A program made the translations under genes and the position numbers. From positions 14,942,001 to 15,006,000 of the forward strand of contig NC_090353.1 of NCBI RefSeq assembly GCF_035084215.1: a stretch of DNA of 64,000 nt, in the 5' to 3' direction. Below, piece by piece: positions 23,484 through 36,313 of this stretch. The notes beneath the pieces are model-generated. The model ran no database searches, had not been told where the DNA came from, and worked only from the letters and a program-made list of their open reading frames with translations. The DNA comes from Heptranchias perlo (Eukaryota). Positions within the stretch are counted from its first letter, which is position 1, and the number at the start of each line of letters is the position of its first letter.

Positions 23484-24097
23484 AAGGGGAAAGGTCTAAG
23501 GAGAGAACATTTAGCAACCAAAACACCAGTACAGTCACAGGCATGCGAAAATAAATGAAAACCAGACTGACAATGTCAGAATGATTATATCATTCGAATA
23601 ATTTCCAGAGTAATAATAATAACAGATAAAACCTATTTTATTTCTGGCTGTTGTGAGGAATGGCAAAAGATAAAACATTTTGAATGAAATTAAATCCATC
23701 AACCAGTTTCACTGCACACTTTGCACTGCTGTGAACTGGTTTTGACTTTCATTGCAGCCAAGCTAGCAGAAGTACAAGATCTGGCCTTGGGGACAAAACG
23801 ACGAGGGATGGGCGCGCCCGAATTTCGAGGCCAACCACTTTGAGAAAAAAAGAGAAAGGGAAAGAGAGACGGAAAGTGAGGGAAAAAGCCCTTGCATTTA
23901 TATAGTGGCTTTTTATGTCCTCAGGACATCCCAAAGTGCTTCTCATCCAATGAGTTACTTTTGCATTGTAGTCACTGTACTTATGTAGGCAAACACCACA
24001 GCCAATTTGCGCACAAATAGTAAATGAGACAAATTAATGTGCTTTTGATGATATTGGGTGAGGGAGGAATGTTGACCAGTACACCGGCAAAACTCTC

Positions 24098-24225
24098 ACA
24101 AAAAACTGCAAATGTTAGAAATCTGAAACAAGAACTGAAAATGCCAGAAATACAAAACAGGTCAGTCAGCATCTGTGGAGAGAAAAGACAGGTTAACCTA
24201 TCAGGTGTAATACCCTTCCTCAGGA
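24098..24225 (-). mobile_element. Old PLE 3'-end fragment (second family) with degenerate hammerhead
   Basis: Matches the 26140-26191/27194-27233 end; minus strand cctgaggaagggtattacacctgataggttaac has GAAA mutated. Confidence 0.55.
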
Positions 24226-24249
24226 TCTATATTTCTCTCCACCAGGAAA

Positions 24250-25520
24250 AGACACAGCACCGAAAAAACCCTAATGAAACTCACAAATGATGTCCTCTGT
24301 TACTGTGGTGCCTTATTCCTTCTTGTCCTCCTCGACCTATCTGCAGGAGTCGACACAATCGACCATGTTAGCCTTCTCCAATGCCTCTCCTCTATTGCCT
24401 AGCTCTGTGGGACTGCCTTCACTTGATTCCACCCTTATCTGTCCAAACATAACCAGAGCATCTCCATCAATGACTTCTCTTCCCACCCCTGCAATGTTAT
24501 CTACAGGAATTCATGATCGGTCCCCTCCTCTTCCTTATTTATTTACTGCCCCTCGGCAACATCACCCACAGACAGGGAGTCAGCTTCCACACTTACACCT
24601 ATGACACCCAGCTCTACATCTCCACCAACTCTCTCAACACCTCTACCACCTCTGTGCTGTCAAATTGCTTTGTGTGACATCCAGTCTTGGATGAATCTTA
24701 ACTTCCGCGAGCTAAACTTTGGAAAGCCTGAAGCCATTGTCTTCAGGCCCCACCACAAACTTCACTCCCCTGCTCCTCACCCCAACCTATCTCTGAAATC
24801 GTTTTTAGCCCCGTTATTTCTCTGTTCCTCTGACTCTGGCCTCTTGTGCATCCCTCTCCCTTCACCCCATCATTATCGGCCATGCCTTCAGCATTCTATT
24901 ATCTGGAATTCCCTCCCTAAACCCCACCACCTCTCTCTCTTTTAAAAACAACCTCAAAATCCATCTCTTCAACCAGGTTTCCAGACACCCTCCTAATCTC
25001 TCCTTTCCTGCCTAAACTCTGGAGTTTAGAAGAATGAGAGGTAATCCCATTGAAACATATAAGATTCTGAGAGGGTTTGACAGCGTAGATGCTGAGAAGC
25101 TGTTTCCCCTCACTGGAGAGTCTAGAACTAGGGGACATAGTCTCAGGATAAGGGGTCGGCCATTTAGGACTGAGCTGAGGAGGAATTTCTTCCCTCAGAG
25201 GGATGTGAATCTTTGGAATTGTCCACCACAGAAGGCTGTGGATGCTCAGTTGTTGAGTATATTCAAGGCTGAGATCAATAGATTTTTGGACTCTAAGGGA
25301 ATTAAGGGACATGGGGATCAGGCGGGAAAGTGGAGTTGAGGTCAAAGATCAGCTATGATCTTATTGAATGGCGGAGCAGGCCCGAGGAGCCGTATGACCT
25401 ACTCCTGCTCCTATTTCTTATGTTCTTATGTTCTCAGGGTATGTTTTCTGTATGCCTATCTGTGAAGCACCTTGGGGCATTTTTTTTTACTTTAAAGGCA
25501 CTATAAATGCAAGTTGTAGT
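24250..25520 (+). mobile_element. Decayed L2 LINE with nested CR1
   Basis: ctcctcgacctatctgcagg (LLDLSA), tatgacacccagctctac (DTQLY), DIQSWMNLNF, IWNSLP; tail aaggcactataaatgcaag. Confidence 0.8.
25015..25432 (+). mobile_element. CR1 3' fragment
   Basis: MRGNPIETYKILRGFD...SRTRGHSLRIRGRPFRTELRRNFF; (ttcttatg)n tail. Confidence 0.92.
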
Positions 25521-25578
25521 TGCTTTTCTTAGAATAGCACCATGGGACCTTTTACATCCATCTGAGTTGGCAAACAGG

Positions 25579-27233
25579 ACAAGGCAATTTACTTGTACTT
25601 CTTCCAACTTGGCATACTGTATTCGCTGCTCACGATGCGGTCTCCTCTACATGTGGGAGACCAAACGCAGATTGGGTGATTGCTTTGCTGAACACTTCCA
25701 TTCAGTCCGCAAGCGTGACCCTGAGCTTTTGGTTGTTAGCATCCTACTCCCACTCTGACCTCTCTGCCCTCGGCCTCCTACACTGTTCCAGTGACGCTCA
25801 ATGCAAGCTCGGGGAACAGCAGCTCATCTTTCGATTAGGCACTTTACAACCTTCTGGCCTCAACATTGAGTTCATCAACTTTAGATCATAACCACCGCTC
25901 CCATTTTCTCGGACAGCTGATGCTGGTAATGGTTACATTTATTCCTCCTCTGGACCCATCTTTTCATCTCTTTATTGTCCCATTATCACCCCCACTTGCC
26001 TTGGACCATCATCCCTTTTGTCATTTAATCACTCCTGCCTTCCCCCCTATCACAGACCTTCCCTTTTGTCTTTCCTTCCCCTCTCCCCCTTTTCTCTGGC
26101 CCTGTACTTGCTCATAAACGGTTAAATCTCTAAATTCTTCCAGACCTGAAACGTTAACTCTGTTTCTCTCTCCACCAAAGTTGCCTGACCTAGAACCATG
26201 GAACCATAGAAAAGATACAGCACAGAAGGGGGCCATTTAGCCCATCGTGTCCACACCGGCTCGAAGAGCAACCAGGTGCCCATTCTAATCCCACCTTCCA
26301 GCATCCGGTCCGTAGCCCTGCAGCTTACAGCACTTTAGATGCAGGTCCAGGTACTTTTTAAAAGAGTTGAGGGCCCCTGCCTCTACCACCAATTCGGGCA
26401 GTGTTCCCTCTAATCCTTCCGCCAATCAGCTTAAATCTATGCCCTCTAGTTCTTGAACTCTCCGCTAGGGGAAACAGGTACTTCCTGTTTACTCTATCTC
26501 GGCCCCTCATAATTTTGTACACCTCAATCAAGTCTCCCCTCAGCCTCCTCTGCTCTGAGGAAAACAACCCCAGCCTATCCAATCTCTCCTCGTAGCTGCA
26601 ATTTTTAAGCCCTGGCAAAATTCTTGTAATTCTTCTCTGCACTCTCTCCAGAGCAATTACGTCCTTCCTGTAATGTGGTGACCAGAACTGCGCACAATAC
26701 TCCAGCTGTGGCCTTACCAGCGTTTTGTATAGTTCCATCATTACATCCCTGCTTTTGTATTCTCTACTTCGGCTAATAACGGAGACCATTCCGTATGCCT
26801 TCTTCACAATCTTATCTACCTGTACTGCCACCTTCAGGGACCTGTACACATGCACTCCAAGGTCTCTCACTTCCTCTACCCCTCTCAATATATTCCCGTT
26901 TACTGCGTATTCCCTTTTACTGTTTGCCCTCCCTAAGTGCATTACCTCACACTTCTCCGGGTTGAATTCCATTTGCCACTTTTCCGCCCACTCCACCAAC
27001 CCGTTGATATCTTCTTGGTGTCTACAGCTATCCTCTTCACTATCAACTACACAGCCAATTTTTGTGTCGTCTGCAAATTTGCCAATCATGCCCCCTACAT
27101 TCAAGCCCAAATCATTAATATATACCACAAACAGCAAGGGACCCAACACTGAGCCCTGTGGCACACCACTGAAAACGGATTTCCATTCGCAAAGACCTGC
27201 TGAATGTTTCCAGCATTTTCTGTTTTTATATCA
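25579..27233 (+). mobile_element. Decayed PLE (second family), GIY-YIG to 3' end, with nested CR1
   Basis: FTCTSSNLAYCIRCSRCGLLYMWETKRRLGDCFAEH; EQQLIFRLGTLQPSGLNIEF; probable TSD ggcaaa(c/t)agg at 25569-25578 and 27234-27243. Confidence 0.85.
26192..27193 (-). mobile_element. CR1 LINE, RT C-terminal half plus 3' UTR
   Basis: ORF 26358..27164(-): PQGSVLGPLLFVVYINDL...KFADDTK...WQMEFNPEKC...LVRPQLEYC; flanked by duplicated gacct. Confidence 0.96.
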
Positions 27234-28019
27234 GGCAAATAGGCTCTTGGTTTAACATCACATTGAAAGGACAGCACCTCCAACAATGCAACATTTCCCA
27301 GAATTGTCACCGTACATTATGTGCTCGAGTGCTGGAACTGCACTTGGACTCACAAACTTGTAACTCAGAGGCGAGAGTGCTACAAACCGAGCCAAGCTAA
27401 CAAATGTCACAAGAGCTCTGTAGTAACTGTGTAGTTTTCCTGGAGGATTTGCTACTAACGGGAATCGGCACAATTAGCAAATCACTTCCAACAAAAATGA
27501 TGCTGTGATATAAACAGGTGTGAAAGTAGGTAGGCCCCCAAACAGTATAATTGCATTCGAGGCTGTTTTCAGCAGGTTTGAAGGTTCCAAGGCACTGTGG
27601 AGATTATCAAAGAGCAGGAAAAAAAGTGTTCAGTATTTTTAATATAATCATGCATATGCATACCACGGGGGAGGGGGAGGGGACCTGATAATTCATATAT
27701 ATTTCTAAAGTATGGGAAGTTTCATTGTTCCTGCATTTTTTACTTGGTGTGTTTGCGTTTCTGTGTAAATAAATACACCGGAATCTGATGGAAAAATATG
27801 TGGGAAACAGGAAAGATCTGATCATGGTTTAGGAAGAAAAGGGCATTAGAAAGCAGGAAAGCAGCATTCATTCAGAAATTGCAAGCACCGGCGAAGCCTA
27901 AATGCCTAGCCAGCCGTCTGGGTTTAGTGGCTGCATACGGGAATAAAGGCCTTGAGATGGGAAAGGGGTGGAGAAAGGAAACGGACAGAAACAAAAATAA
28001 ACTGGGAACATTGAAACTT

Positions 28020-28418
28020 GGCCTCTTCATTCAGCTGCCTGTTTAGTGCCCGCCCCTGCCCGATGCTGATTGCTCCCTGGCAGCCACAGTTCGCATTTAC
28101 ATTGGTCACATTGAATGTCAATCAACCCTCCTCCCACTGCCGTGTGTACATGACAGTTCCTCTCAAATTTGAAACTTTTTTTTTCCCCCGGAGTCAAGTT
28201 TCAAACTCGGCTAACAAGAGGGCTTAGTTTCCTTCTACCACCGGCCTTCGGCTGTTTATTTGGCGAATGATTCACCCTCTAAAACCCGTAGCCAGCTGCT
28301 TATTTACTGCCTTTTAAACCCGATCAGAGGAAGCGGAAAGTTTTTTTTCCTGTTTAAAAAAGTTGTGAGGAGTTCGCTGGATCAAAGTTCGCGGCCATTC
28401 GCGGCTTAAGGAAAACAG
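28020..28418 (+). promoter_or_regulatory. Candidate promoter and non-coding first exon of the TNFAIP8-family gene (donor CAG|GTAAAA at 28418/28419)
   Basis: Repeat-free, locally CpG-enriched; GC box cccgcccc ~28049; ETS-like ggaagcggaa ~28329; no ATG in frame with the 63877 exon. Confidence 0.45.
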
Positions 28419-29054
28419 GTAAAAAAAAATGCATCGAGTAATTTTAGCGGAACAGACAGGCAAAGAACAAAGAGACGAAATAAGTAAAATGAATGAAAAA
28501 AGGTGTTAAGTTTAAATTTAGAAGAATTACAATTATAGAGGAATGGGTGCCTCAAATTTGTAGTCAAAAAGTTTTAGTTATTGAAAGTAACCCGCATTAG
28601 GACCCTTTAAGTTTTATATGAACCGACACAGGTTTGGGGTTATGTGGAGGAGTTTGTCTGGTATCCTTTCACTGCCCAGTTAGAAAGACTTATTTTATTA
28701 AAGCCCCAGAGCGGATGTCCCCGCCTGACGTGTCTTTGATTTCTATTTATTATTTTTAAGCTCTGTATTTCCAGAGGATTTTTACTGACGCGTTTTCCAC
28801 TCCAAGAATTGCACCTTTCTCGACAAACTTGTATTGGAGAAAGAACAAACTAACCTATGTTTTTTTAAAAAAACTGTTAGTGAGGCTTGGAATTAATAGA
28901 ACAAGTCGGAGAGAATGATTTTCTATTGTAATTTTATAAAAAGAACTATACTGGCCCCAGGGTGAAATTTGTTTTCTAGGAATGTTGCCAATTATAGTTT
29001 TAATTTTAATGACAATTTCATCCCATTGAAACATATCAAGCTAATGTGACATGT

Positions 29055-29160
29055 AACACAGCCAATGACAAGCGCGGTAGGCGATGAAGCGCCCAATTGC
29101 ACCAATCAGAAGAGCACGGAGGCGGGGTAGCGAGTGGAGTCGTTTCCATGGTAACGAGTA
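29055..29160 (+). promoter_or_regulatory. Promoter motif cluster: 3 CCAAT boxes, GC box, RFX X-box
   Basis: CCAAT at 29062, 29093 and 29102; GGCGGG at 29121; GTTTCCATGGTAAC at 29142-29155. Confidence 0.65.
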
Positions 29161-30169
29161 ACAAACTTATCAGCGTGTATGTTTCACCTGGGCGACCCCT
29201 CCTCGGGTTCAGGTGGCTCGTATTTTCTAACTATTACTGCACTGGGTATCACTGCACTTACTGGGTGTTAAATGTTGCAGCATTCATCTCCTTAATGGGG
29301 AGGGTATTTTTTTTTAAAAGTACGCTAAAGTGAGACATCAGTAGGTTTATGAATGTTTCAGCCAATGTGAAGTTTTAATGTATTCTCCTCAATAGATCAG
29401 TGGGTAAATGCACCGTCCGGTATGGTATTCAGCCTAACAGAAGAAAGTCCCTGTTTAGATTCCCAGTCTGTGCTGATCTGAATCAGGGTAGGGAATTACA
29501 TGGAAAGATCATTGAAACTGACAGTAGACACGACTTCAAGAGAAGGGAGAGAATTTACATCTAGGGATCTGATATAGTGTTAAGATCGAACAAGAAAGTT
29601 GTTCAGCCAAAGTCTCTTCCTGGTTCTATAATGTGCATTCCATATAAAATAAAGTTTATCCATTATTGCTCTTTACTGTTTTAACAGATTAACTAAGTTT
29701 GCTATTAACAAATTGTTGTCTTGGACTGACTCTTGTGGTTTTGACAACCAAAGAAACTAATTTCTTTGACAAAATTGATTTCACATTTTTGACAGCTGGT
29801 TACATTTTCACTGGCGCAATCCAATTTTCAGGTCAGATTGACACATACTGTGTTTGCATTGGACTTTGCACTGAATTTGTCATTTCCCAACTTTGCCCAG
29901 AAGATACTGCCCTGCTGTGAATGCAGTTTCCCCTCCTGTTCACCTGTTGATGAGAGAGTCTGACACTTGCTGGATGAAAGTCTGGGTCCATAATGAATGA
30001 GACGGTCACTGTTTGCTCTTTGAAGCACTCCCTTGTGACTCTCACTCTGTGGCACAAATGACTCAACACTGAGCGTTCCCAGAATGTGGGGGTGGAGGTT
30101 GCAAAGAACCTCCAAATATTTACATGTCTTTCCCATCATCCCGATCTGGAAAGATCCATCCATTGTCTT

Positions 30170-30530
30170 CAGTTTGTTTTCCTCTCCTCATCCGAAGGTG
30201 TAGGCCCTTGCTAGGGCACGGTTCCACAAGTGCCATCCAACCTAATCAGTCAATTTTCATGTGTGTGAATGTGGGTACAGGAAGAGCATTGCAGCCGAGC
30301 ACCATCTTGTCTTTAATTAATGTCCACATGCATGCACTTTTGGAGCAGAAGCAGAAGCTGGTTTTTCCTCTTTTTTTTTTTCCCTAGCCCTAGCACAGAA
30401 GCTGACGGTGATTGTCCAACTGCAGCCCTGGCCATAATCAGCTAACTCAGCTGGGGATCAAACCTGGGATTCCTCTTCACTTGTGTGTCTCAGCACCATG
30501 CCAGCAAATGCATTTACCCAATGAGCCATG
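30170..30530 (-). mobile_element. SINE-X copy, near full length
   Basis: Head (minus) tggctcattgggtaaatgca...cccaggtttgatcccc; body matches other copies. Confidence 0.65.
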
Positions 30531-30540
30531 CGAGCCACTG

Positions 30541-30798
30541 CTTTGATTTTCTTAATTTCCCCCCAGGTCTATTTTTGCATCGCTGGGTTTAGCCTTTGTA
30601 GGCCATGCCAAACAATCTTGAGTTTATTAAGGCTTCTTCTGGAAAGAAGCCAACTTCTGTCTTTGTCAAAACTGGCTTTAGATTGCTTCGCTCTACTGTA
30701 CCCAACAGATTGGATTGTTTCCAATGAAGGAAAGTATTTAGGGTCCTGTTAGCTATCAGCAAGAAACTAGTTATCCTAATTTACATCTGGAAATTTCC
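30541..30798 (+). repeat. Copy 1 of a ~260-bp diverged direct duplication (copy 2 at 40567-40828)
   Basis: Shared tttttgcatcg(c/t)tgg(g/t)tttagcctttgtaggccatgccaaacaat and gtcctgttagc(t/c)atcagcaagaaacta. Confidence 0.85.
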
Positions 30799-30799
30799 C

Positions 30800-31200
30800 C
30801 TATTTTCTCCCCTCCAGTCCTGAAGACACCTATTTTTACTGGGGTACGATTCAGTGGATGCCCTTTAGGATCTCTCCCCACAGACACCGACTCTTGCTGG
30901 GATACGATTCAGTGGGTGCCCTCTAGGTTATTTGACTGTAGGGGTAGGACTTCACAGCTGAGCCCTTTCCCATCTTTGCCCAATGTCCACTTTCCAGCAG
31001 GATCACTGGATAGGGATTAGAAGCAGGAACCTTTGTGATTTTCCTTTCCTTAGCTCAGGGGCATGGAGGCCAATTGTTGAGCCTCAACTGCTGTCCCAGC
31101 TGCAATCAGCTAACTCAACACTAGCCAGGAATCAAACCTGGGATGTCCTGGTCTTTGTGGCCCAGCATTGCCCTGGGAAGTATATTTAACCAGTGAACCA
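30800..31200 (-). mobile_element. SINE-X copy with an internal duplication of its 3' segment
   Basis: ctggg(g/a)tacgattcagtgg(a/g)tgccct occurs twice, at ~30839 and ~30897. Confidence 0.65.
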
Positions 31201-31724
31201 TTTGGACAAAAGTGGAAGTGCTTGCTACATTTTGAAGTGATTAATAGGGTCTTGTAAAACAATTTTTCTTAAATTTCCCTTATTTGGCAAATGTTGGGCG
31301 TTTATCTACCGTAAAATTGTAATGTATTCATCACATCACCAGCACGGACCCACGTGCCTTAACACACCAACTGATGTGTCCAGTAATTTATCTCAAATGA
31401 CTGCTTACTCTACTTGGAAGATCCTATGATCAGATCAGTTCTATCTGGTTTGTCGTTCCGGGAAGATGCATTGAGATATTTTTAAGGTTTAGAATGGAAA
31501 CAGTTTCTATTTAAGGTTACAGTGAACACCGAAGGCTGTGAATGTACGGAACTCAATGGTCTTTTTGTTCCTAGCATTTCTCTTCGCAGAAATAACTGGT
31601 TACATTATTAACTTTGATACAATCACTTGGCTTGGATCTAAAATTGTAAATAAAAACACTGCGCAAAGGGAGCTTTTTTGTAACTTTCAGCAATCCCCTT
31701 ACAACCCCACTGTAGTCAAGAGGT

Positions 31725-31870
31725 CTCCCGCCCCCCCCCCCACCTTCGCCGTGTCCTTGTCTTCCCTCCCCCCCCCCCCCCCCCCCGCCCGCCGTGTCCT
31801 TGGCTTCCCCCCCCCCCCTCGCCGTGTCCTTGTCTTCCCCCCCCCCCCCCCCCCCCCCTCTCCTCTCCCA
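31725..31870. repeat. Poly-C tracts alternating with three copies of gccgtgtccttg(t/g)cttccc
   Basis: Directly visible; the G-rich minus strand has quadruplex potential. Confidence 0.85.
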
Positions 31871-32454
31871 TATCAATCTCTGGTCTAAGGCCTTTAGTTT
31901 AACAAAAATAAGTTGCATTTATTTAGCTCTCTTCTCATTGGAATGACACCGCGGAAGCTTTACTGATCAGATAAGTGGAAATAGGCACCAAATAGCGAAG
32001 AGGAGAACTGTGGAGTGGATTAAAAGGGACGGAGCCAAAAATTCAGTTGAAGCAAAAAGAACTCAGTCAGCTTTTGAAAGCTGGGATAACGGAGGGATGG
32101 CAGAGAGATATTGGGAGGAAGTTCCAGGGAGCAAGGGTCTGCTGGCTGAACGAGCTGCCTCCAGTGGTGGAGTGAAGAGGATGGAGACAAAGAATACAGC
32201 AGTGTCGGAGAGGTCAAGGGTTATGAGCAGGGGCATAGGGCTGAAACAGGTCATTGAGGGAGGGTGGAGCAAGGCTGTGGCAGTGCTTAAAAGGTGAGCG
32301 TAAGGATGGTATAATTTATACCGAAATAGGGTACTTTCAGTTTTGTATTCGTATCGCGGAACTGATTCACACGCACTCCAATTGAATAGTGTTGAAATAG
32401 CTAAGAATGAAGCTGAAAGCAGAGACAAGCCACAAGGCTGATCCCTCCTGCCAA

Positions 32455-32850
32455 AGGTCTAAGCTATGAGGAAAGGCTGGAGGAACTTGGGCTTTTCAGC
32501 CTAGAAAAGAGACACCTCAGGTGATCTTAGAGGTATATAAGATAATAAATGGTACTGAATAGGTTCATCTGGAAAAGTATTTAAAATTAAATTGTGAGTA
32601 GGACACGACACAGGCTCAAGCTCCTAGCACAAGGTAAATTTCGGACTGATATCAGCAAATTCTTCATACAAAGAGTGATTAATGCACGGAATGGAGTTTC
32701 AGGTAGAGGAGTGGAGGTGAAAACCCTAGAATTGTTTACGAACATAGGAACAGGAGTAGTCCATTCAGCCCCTCGAGCCTGATGCTAAAATAGGGGCATG
32801 AGGATCTTTCTGGATGGGTGAACCATGTTGGCCGAATGGCTTTCCTCCTC
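32455..32850 (+). mobile_element. Old CR1 3' fragment
   Basis: agctatgaggaaaggctgga (SYEERL), FFIQRVINA, ggccgaatggc 3' UTR motif. Confidence 0.75.
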
Positions 32851-33679
32851 TCTAATTATCTTGTGATTCCACGATGTGTCCCCGCTCCTGGTGTTCTGGG
32901 TTTACTCCCATTTACACTACAAGGCCAGGTCACAACCCCAGCAGCAACACTCAAATAACTGCATGGAAGCAACTGTTCAAAAGTTGTGATTGGCACACTG
33001 GGGTAGGTCTGTGCGAGCCAGCAATGTAAAAATAGCTATGCTGGCCACACATAAATGAAGGCCTATAATGCTCATTTATACTTGACGGAGTCAGCTCTTT
33101 GCATCAGACAAATATCTCGTTAAGGTGAGTCTCCACGATGCTTTTACGTTATTGGTTCAAGAGAGTGAAAGTATACTAAAAGAGAAAGAAAAACTTTGCA
33201 TTTATATAGCGCTTTTCATGACCTCAGGACATCCCAAAGTGCTTTACAGCCAATGAAGTACTTTTAGAAGTGTAGTCACTGTACTAACCTTCCACCACCA
33301 TTTATTTTACTACCCTGTGCCACTTTCCATACAGTGTCATTTGGGAAAATGCAGAGACTTGTTTTCTGTACAGTGACCAGGTTACAGATCTGAATGAACC
33401 GTAGTATTTTCATTGAGCAGCACTGATGCTATTGGCATTGTAACTATACTGCCCTGCACATTTAGTGCACCAGAAACAGTCAGTTAACGAGACTTATGAA
33501 AAAGTGGGTCTCCACGGCTGCTGGTACAAGATAGGGACTGGGTTATATTTCCAAGTGCTGAATTGCCATTGGCTTCGATTTAGTAACGTGAAAGTACATC
33601 ATACCAGCAAAGGCACTACTGTCACTAAAGTTATATCTCCAGAGTCAGTAGCACTGTAGTAAAATGCTGTTATCTTTAA

Positions 33680-34070
33680 GAGATTTAAGGGGTGATTTGA
33701 TAGAGGTGTTTCAAATAATGAAGGGTTGGGACAGAGTAGGTAGAAACGGTCTGTTTCCAGTGATTGAGGGGTCTAGAATGAGGGACATAGATATAAAATT
33801 AAATGCAAGAGATTTAGGTTAGAGAACAGGAGAAATGTTTTTACACAGAGGGTTGTGAGGCTGTGGAATGCAGCAATGGAGTTAATGATTGAAGCAGACA
33901 CCATGTCATCATTTTAAAAATAGGTTCAATGGGCAGTTGAAGGAAAAGGGAACAAAGTGATATGGGAACAAGACAGGCACATAGGTTTACTGCTCATGTG
34001 AATGATTAACACCAACACAGACTGGTTGGGCCATAAGGCCTACTTCCATGCTGCAGTTTCTCTGTAATTT
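33680..34070 (+). mobile_element. Old CR1 3' fragment
   Basis: ggggtgatttgatagaggtgtt (GDLIEV); tttacacagagggttgtgaggctgtggaatgc (FTQRVVRLWNA). Confidence 0.8.
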
Positions 34071-34436
34071 GATGTAAAGAAGACCTTGACTCACTCAGTC
34101 TGATTCCAGACTCTAGTGTTGACATTTGCAAGTAGACACCATGGGGGTTAAATTGGTTAACCCCCGAAAATGGGCGCGGGGATCGCGGTGCGCGATTAAC
34201 TCGCACCGGTTGTCAAGATGCAGGCGGAACGTAACATTTGTGTTGTTTGCTAATCTGCATGATTGCTGCGTGCAGCCTGCACTACCTGCACTGTGTGGAT
34301 GCACGCACCAGCAGGAGGCCCTGATATCGGGAGCGGCTAACACTACTTCAAGGCAGCCTGCACTTCTTAAAGGGGAGGTGCTCTGTGGCTGCAGGAAGTG
34401 GTGTGAAGTGATTTGTGGGCTGGAAGATATTGAGGA

Positions 34437-36313
34437 ATGGCTGTGCCTGCGAGAGAGCGTGCACCAAGATTCTCAGAAGGTGCACTGGAGGCCTTGGTGG
34501 AAGAGGTGGACAGATGGAAGGGCATCCTATATCCGCAGGGGGACAGGAGGCCCTCCAGACACATGCTGAAGAGGCAGTAGGAGGCTCTGGCGATGAGGTC
34601 AATGCCAGGAACATCACTCCATGCACATGGATGCAGTGCAGGAAGAAGTTCAATGATTTGACACGAGTGGTCAAGGTGAGCACATTCAACTGTCAAGTGG
34701 CATCTTCTACCAACTGCACCACTAGCCTCATCCACTGCTCCGCGCACTACATCCCCCATCACCCACCTACCAACAAACTCTTTCAGTCAGTACGCAACCC
34801 TGCGAATCAGATGCTACACTCGCCCTCACACATTACCACTCTTACAAGCCGCACACCCACAATTCACAGGTCACACACGCTGGCAGCTATTCAACCACGA
34901 CAGCCACATCTCCCAAACATCTTGCAGGACTCTCACGGACACACTTCCCTCTTTCTTGCAGGAGAAGATGGCGTATAACAGGAGGCAGCAGGAAAGACCT
35001 GGGGGAGAACAGGCCTGCCTACACGTCCTCACCCCCGTGGAGGACACCGTGCTGGCGATCATTGGGCGTTCTTTCACTGCGGCCGTGACCATTGGTGGTG
35101 CTGGAGGGATCGATGATAAGGGTCTCTGCATACCTAATCCTCCTTCTCGCTTCCCACTTCTCCCGCAGCCCACAACCTTCGTTGACTCACATGCTGCAGA
35201 TGGTGTGAACACGCACTTCTTACTTTCTCCTCTCCTCTCCCCTCACCACAACCCAACCCGTGTCCCTTTGTCATTTCAGATACCCAAGAACTGGAACCTT
35301 CCCAGTCAGAGGAAGAAGACAGTGATGATGCAGACACACAGTCACTCGATCTTACACTCGCAGCCACCAGCTCAGAGACTGACACTGCTTGTAGTTTAGA
35401 GACTGGGATAGACGAGGGATCTGCACATGGTGCGACACTGGGAATATGTGCGCAGGAGCCGGGGCAGGGGAGAACGGATACCGCAGGTGCCAGCTCGCCA
35501 GAGGACAAGGTCGTACACCAGTTCTGCTGCCGAGGAGTCAGATGATGACTTTGATGGGCCAGGCTACAGAAGAAGGCTGATGGGTGTATACAACCAAATG
35601 CTTGGTGCACTGGAAAGCCTGCGCACAATGTCAAGGGGCACGGAGGAGTCCAGCTCCAACTTGGCACAGGGCTTTGCACAGAGTTTGGAGCCCATCCTTT
35701 CCCACATGGAACGGGTGGCCACCTCCATCAGCGCAGCTGTGGAACCCACTATGATGCAACGCCTGATGACTGATGTCTCCGCTTCCAATGCAGCACAAAC
35801 AGCTGCCATCAAAGGTCTGCATGCTTCATTTGGAGCTCATACTGCTGGTTTGGAAGCTCAGACTGCTGCTAGTGTGGCTTAGGATACCATTGTGAAACGG
35901 GGCTTCCAGGGCGTCAAAGCACTGCAGCAATCTGTTCTCCAGCTGATCACCAGGAGTGCTGAGGCGCCGCCCGGGGAGATGGCGTTATGGGAGATGAACC
36001 TGCTGTCCTCTCTCAAGATAACAGCATTCCTGCTCCCAGCCCTGCCACTCTGCCAGTGATCTTGCCATTGCCTGTCAGCCAGCCAGGCCAGACTGCTGCA
36101 GCCCAGGCCAAGATGGTGCAGCCTGCAGCTGGGCCCTCCCGGCCCAGAGCTGCTCAAGGTCGTCCTCCAAGGCCATCTGCACTCTCCTCCATTGAAGGTC
36201 AGCAGCCTTCCACCTCCCATGCTCCAGCCATTGGGGATGCACCTCGTAGGAGCACTAGGATAGGTAAAGGCACACGAACAACAGGCACTAAGGGAATGCA
36301 CAAGGGTGAATAG
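34437..36313 (+). pseudogene. Harbinger Myb/SANT-like DNA-binding protein; ~3 exons (34437-34675, 34962-~35121, ~35280-36313), disrupted
   Basis: MAVPARERAPRFSEGALEALVEEV...WMQCRKKFNDLTRVVK|gtgag ... ttgcag|EKMAYNRRQQERPGG..LTPVE; in-frame stop and frameshifts. Confidence 0.8.

Larger units (their letters stand above)
23880..27410 (-). mobile_element. Single DeuSINE split into three pieces (23880-24095, 25522-25578, 27234-27410) by nested insertions
   Basis: The three pieces are colinear with intact copies such as 23065-23483. Confidence 0.75.

Noticed and set aside
30528-30752. Shared peptide FCI.GFSLCRPCQTI in ORFs 30528..30752 and 40332..40637 as paralogous exons
   Set aside because: It follows from the DNA duplication; the second copy stops immediately afterwards and indels break the frame.
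31538-31918. Proline-rich and glycine-rich ORFs
   Set aside because: Translation of poly-C/poly-G tracts.
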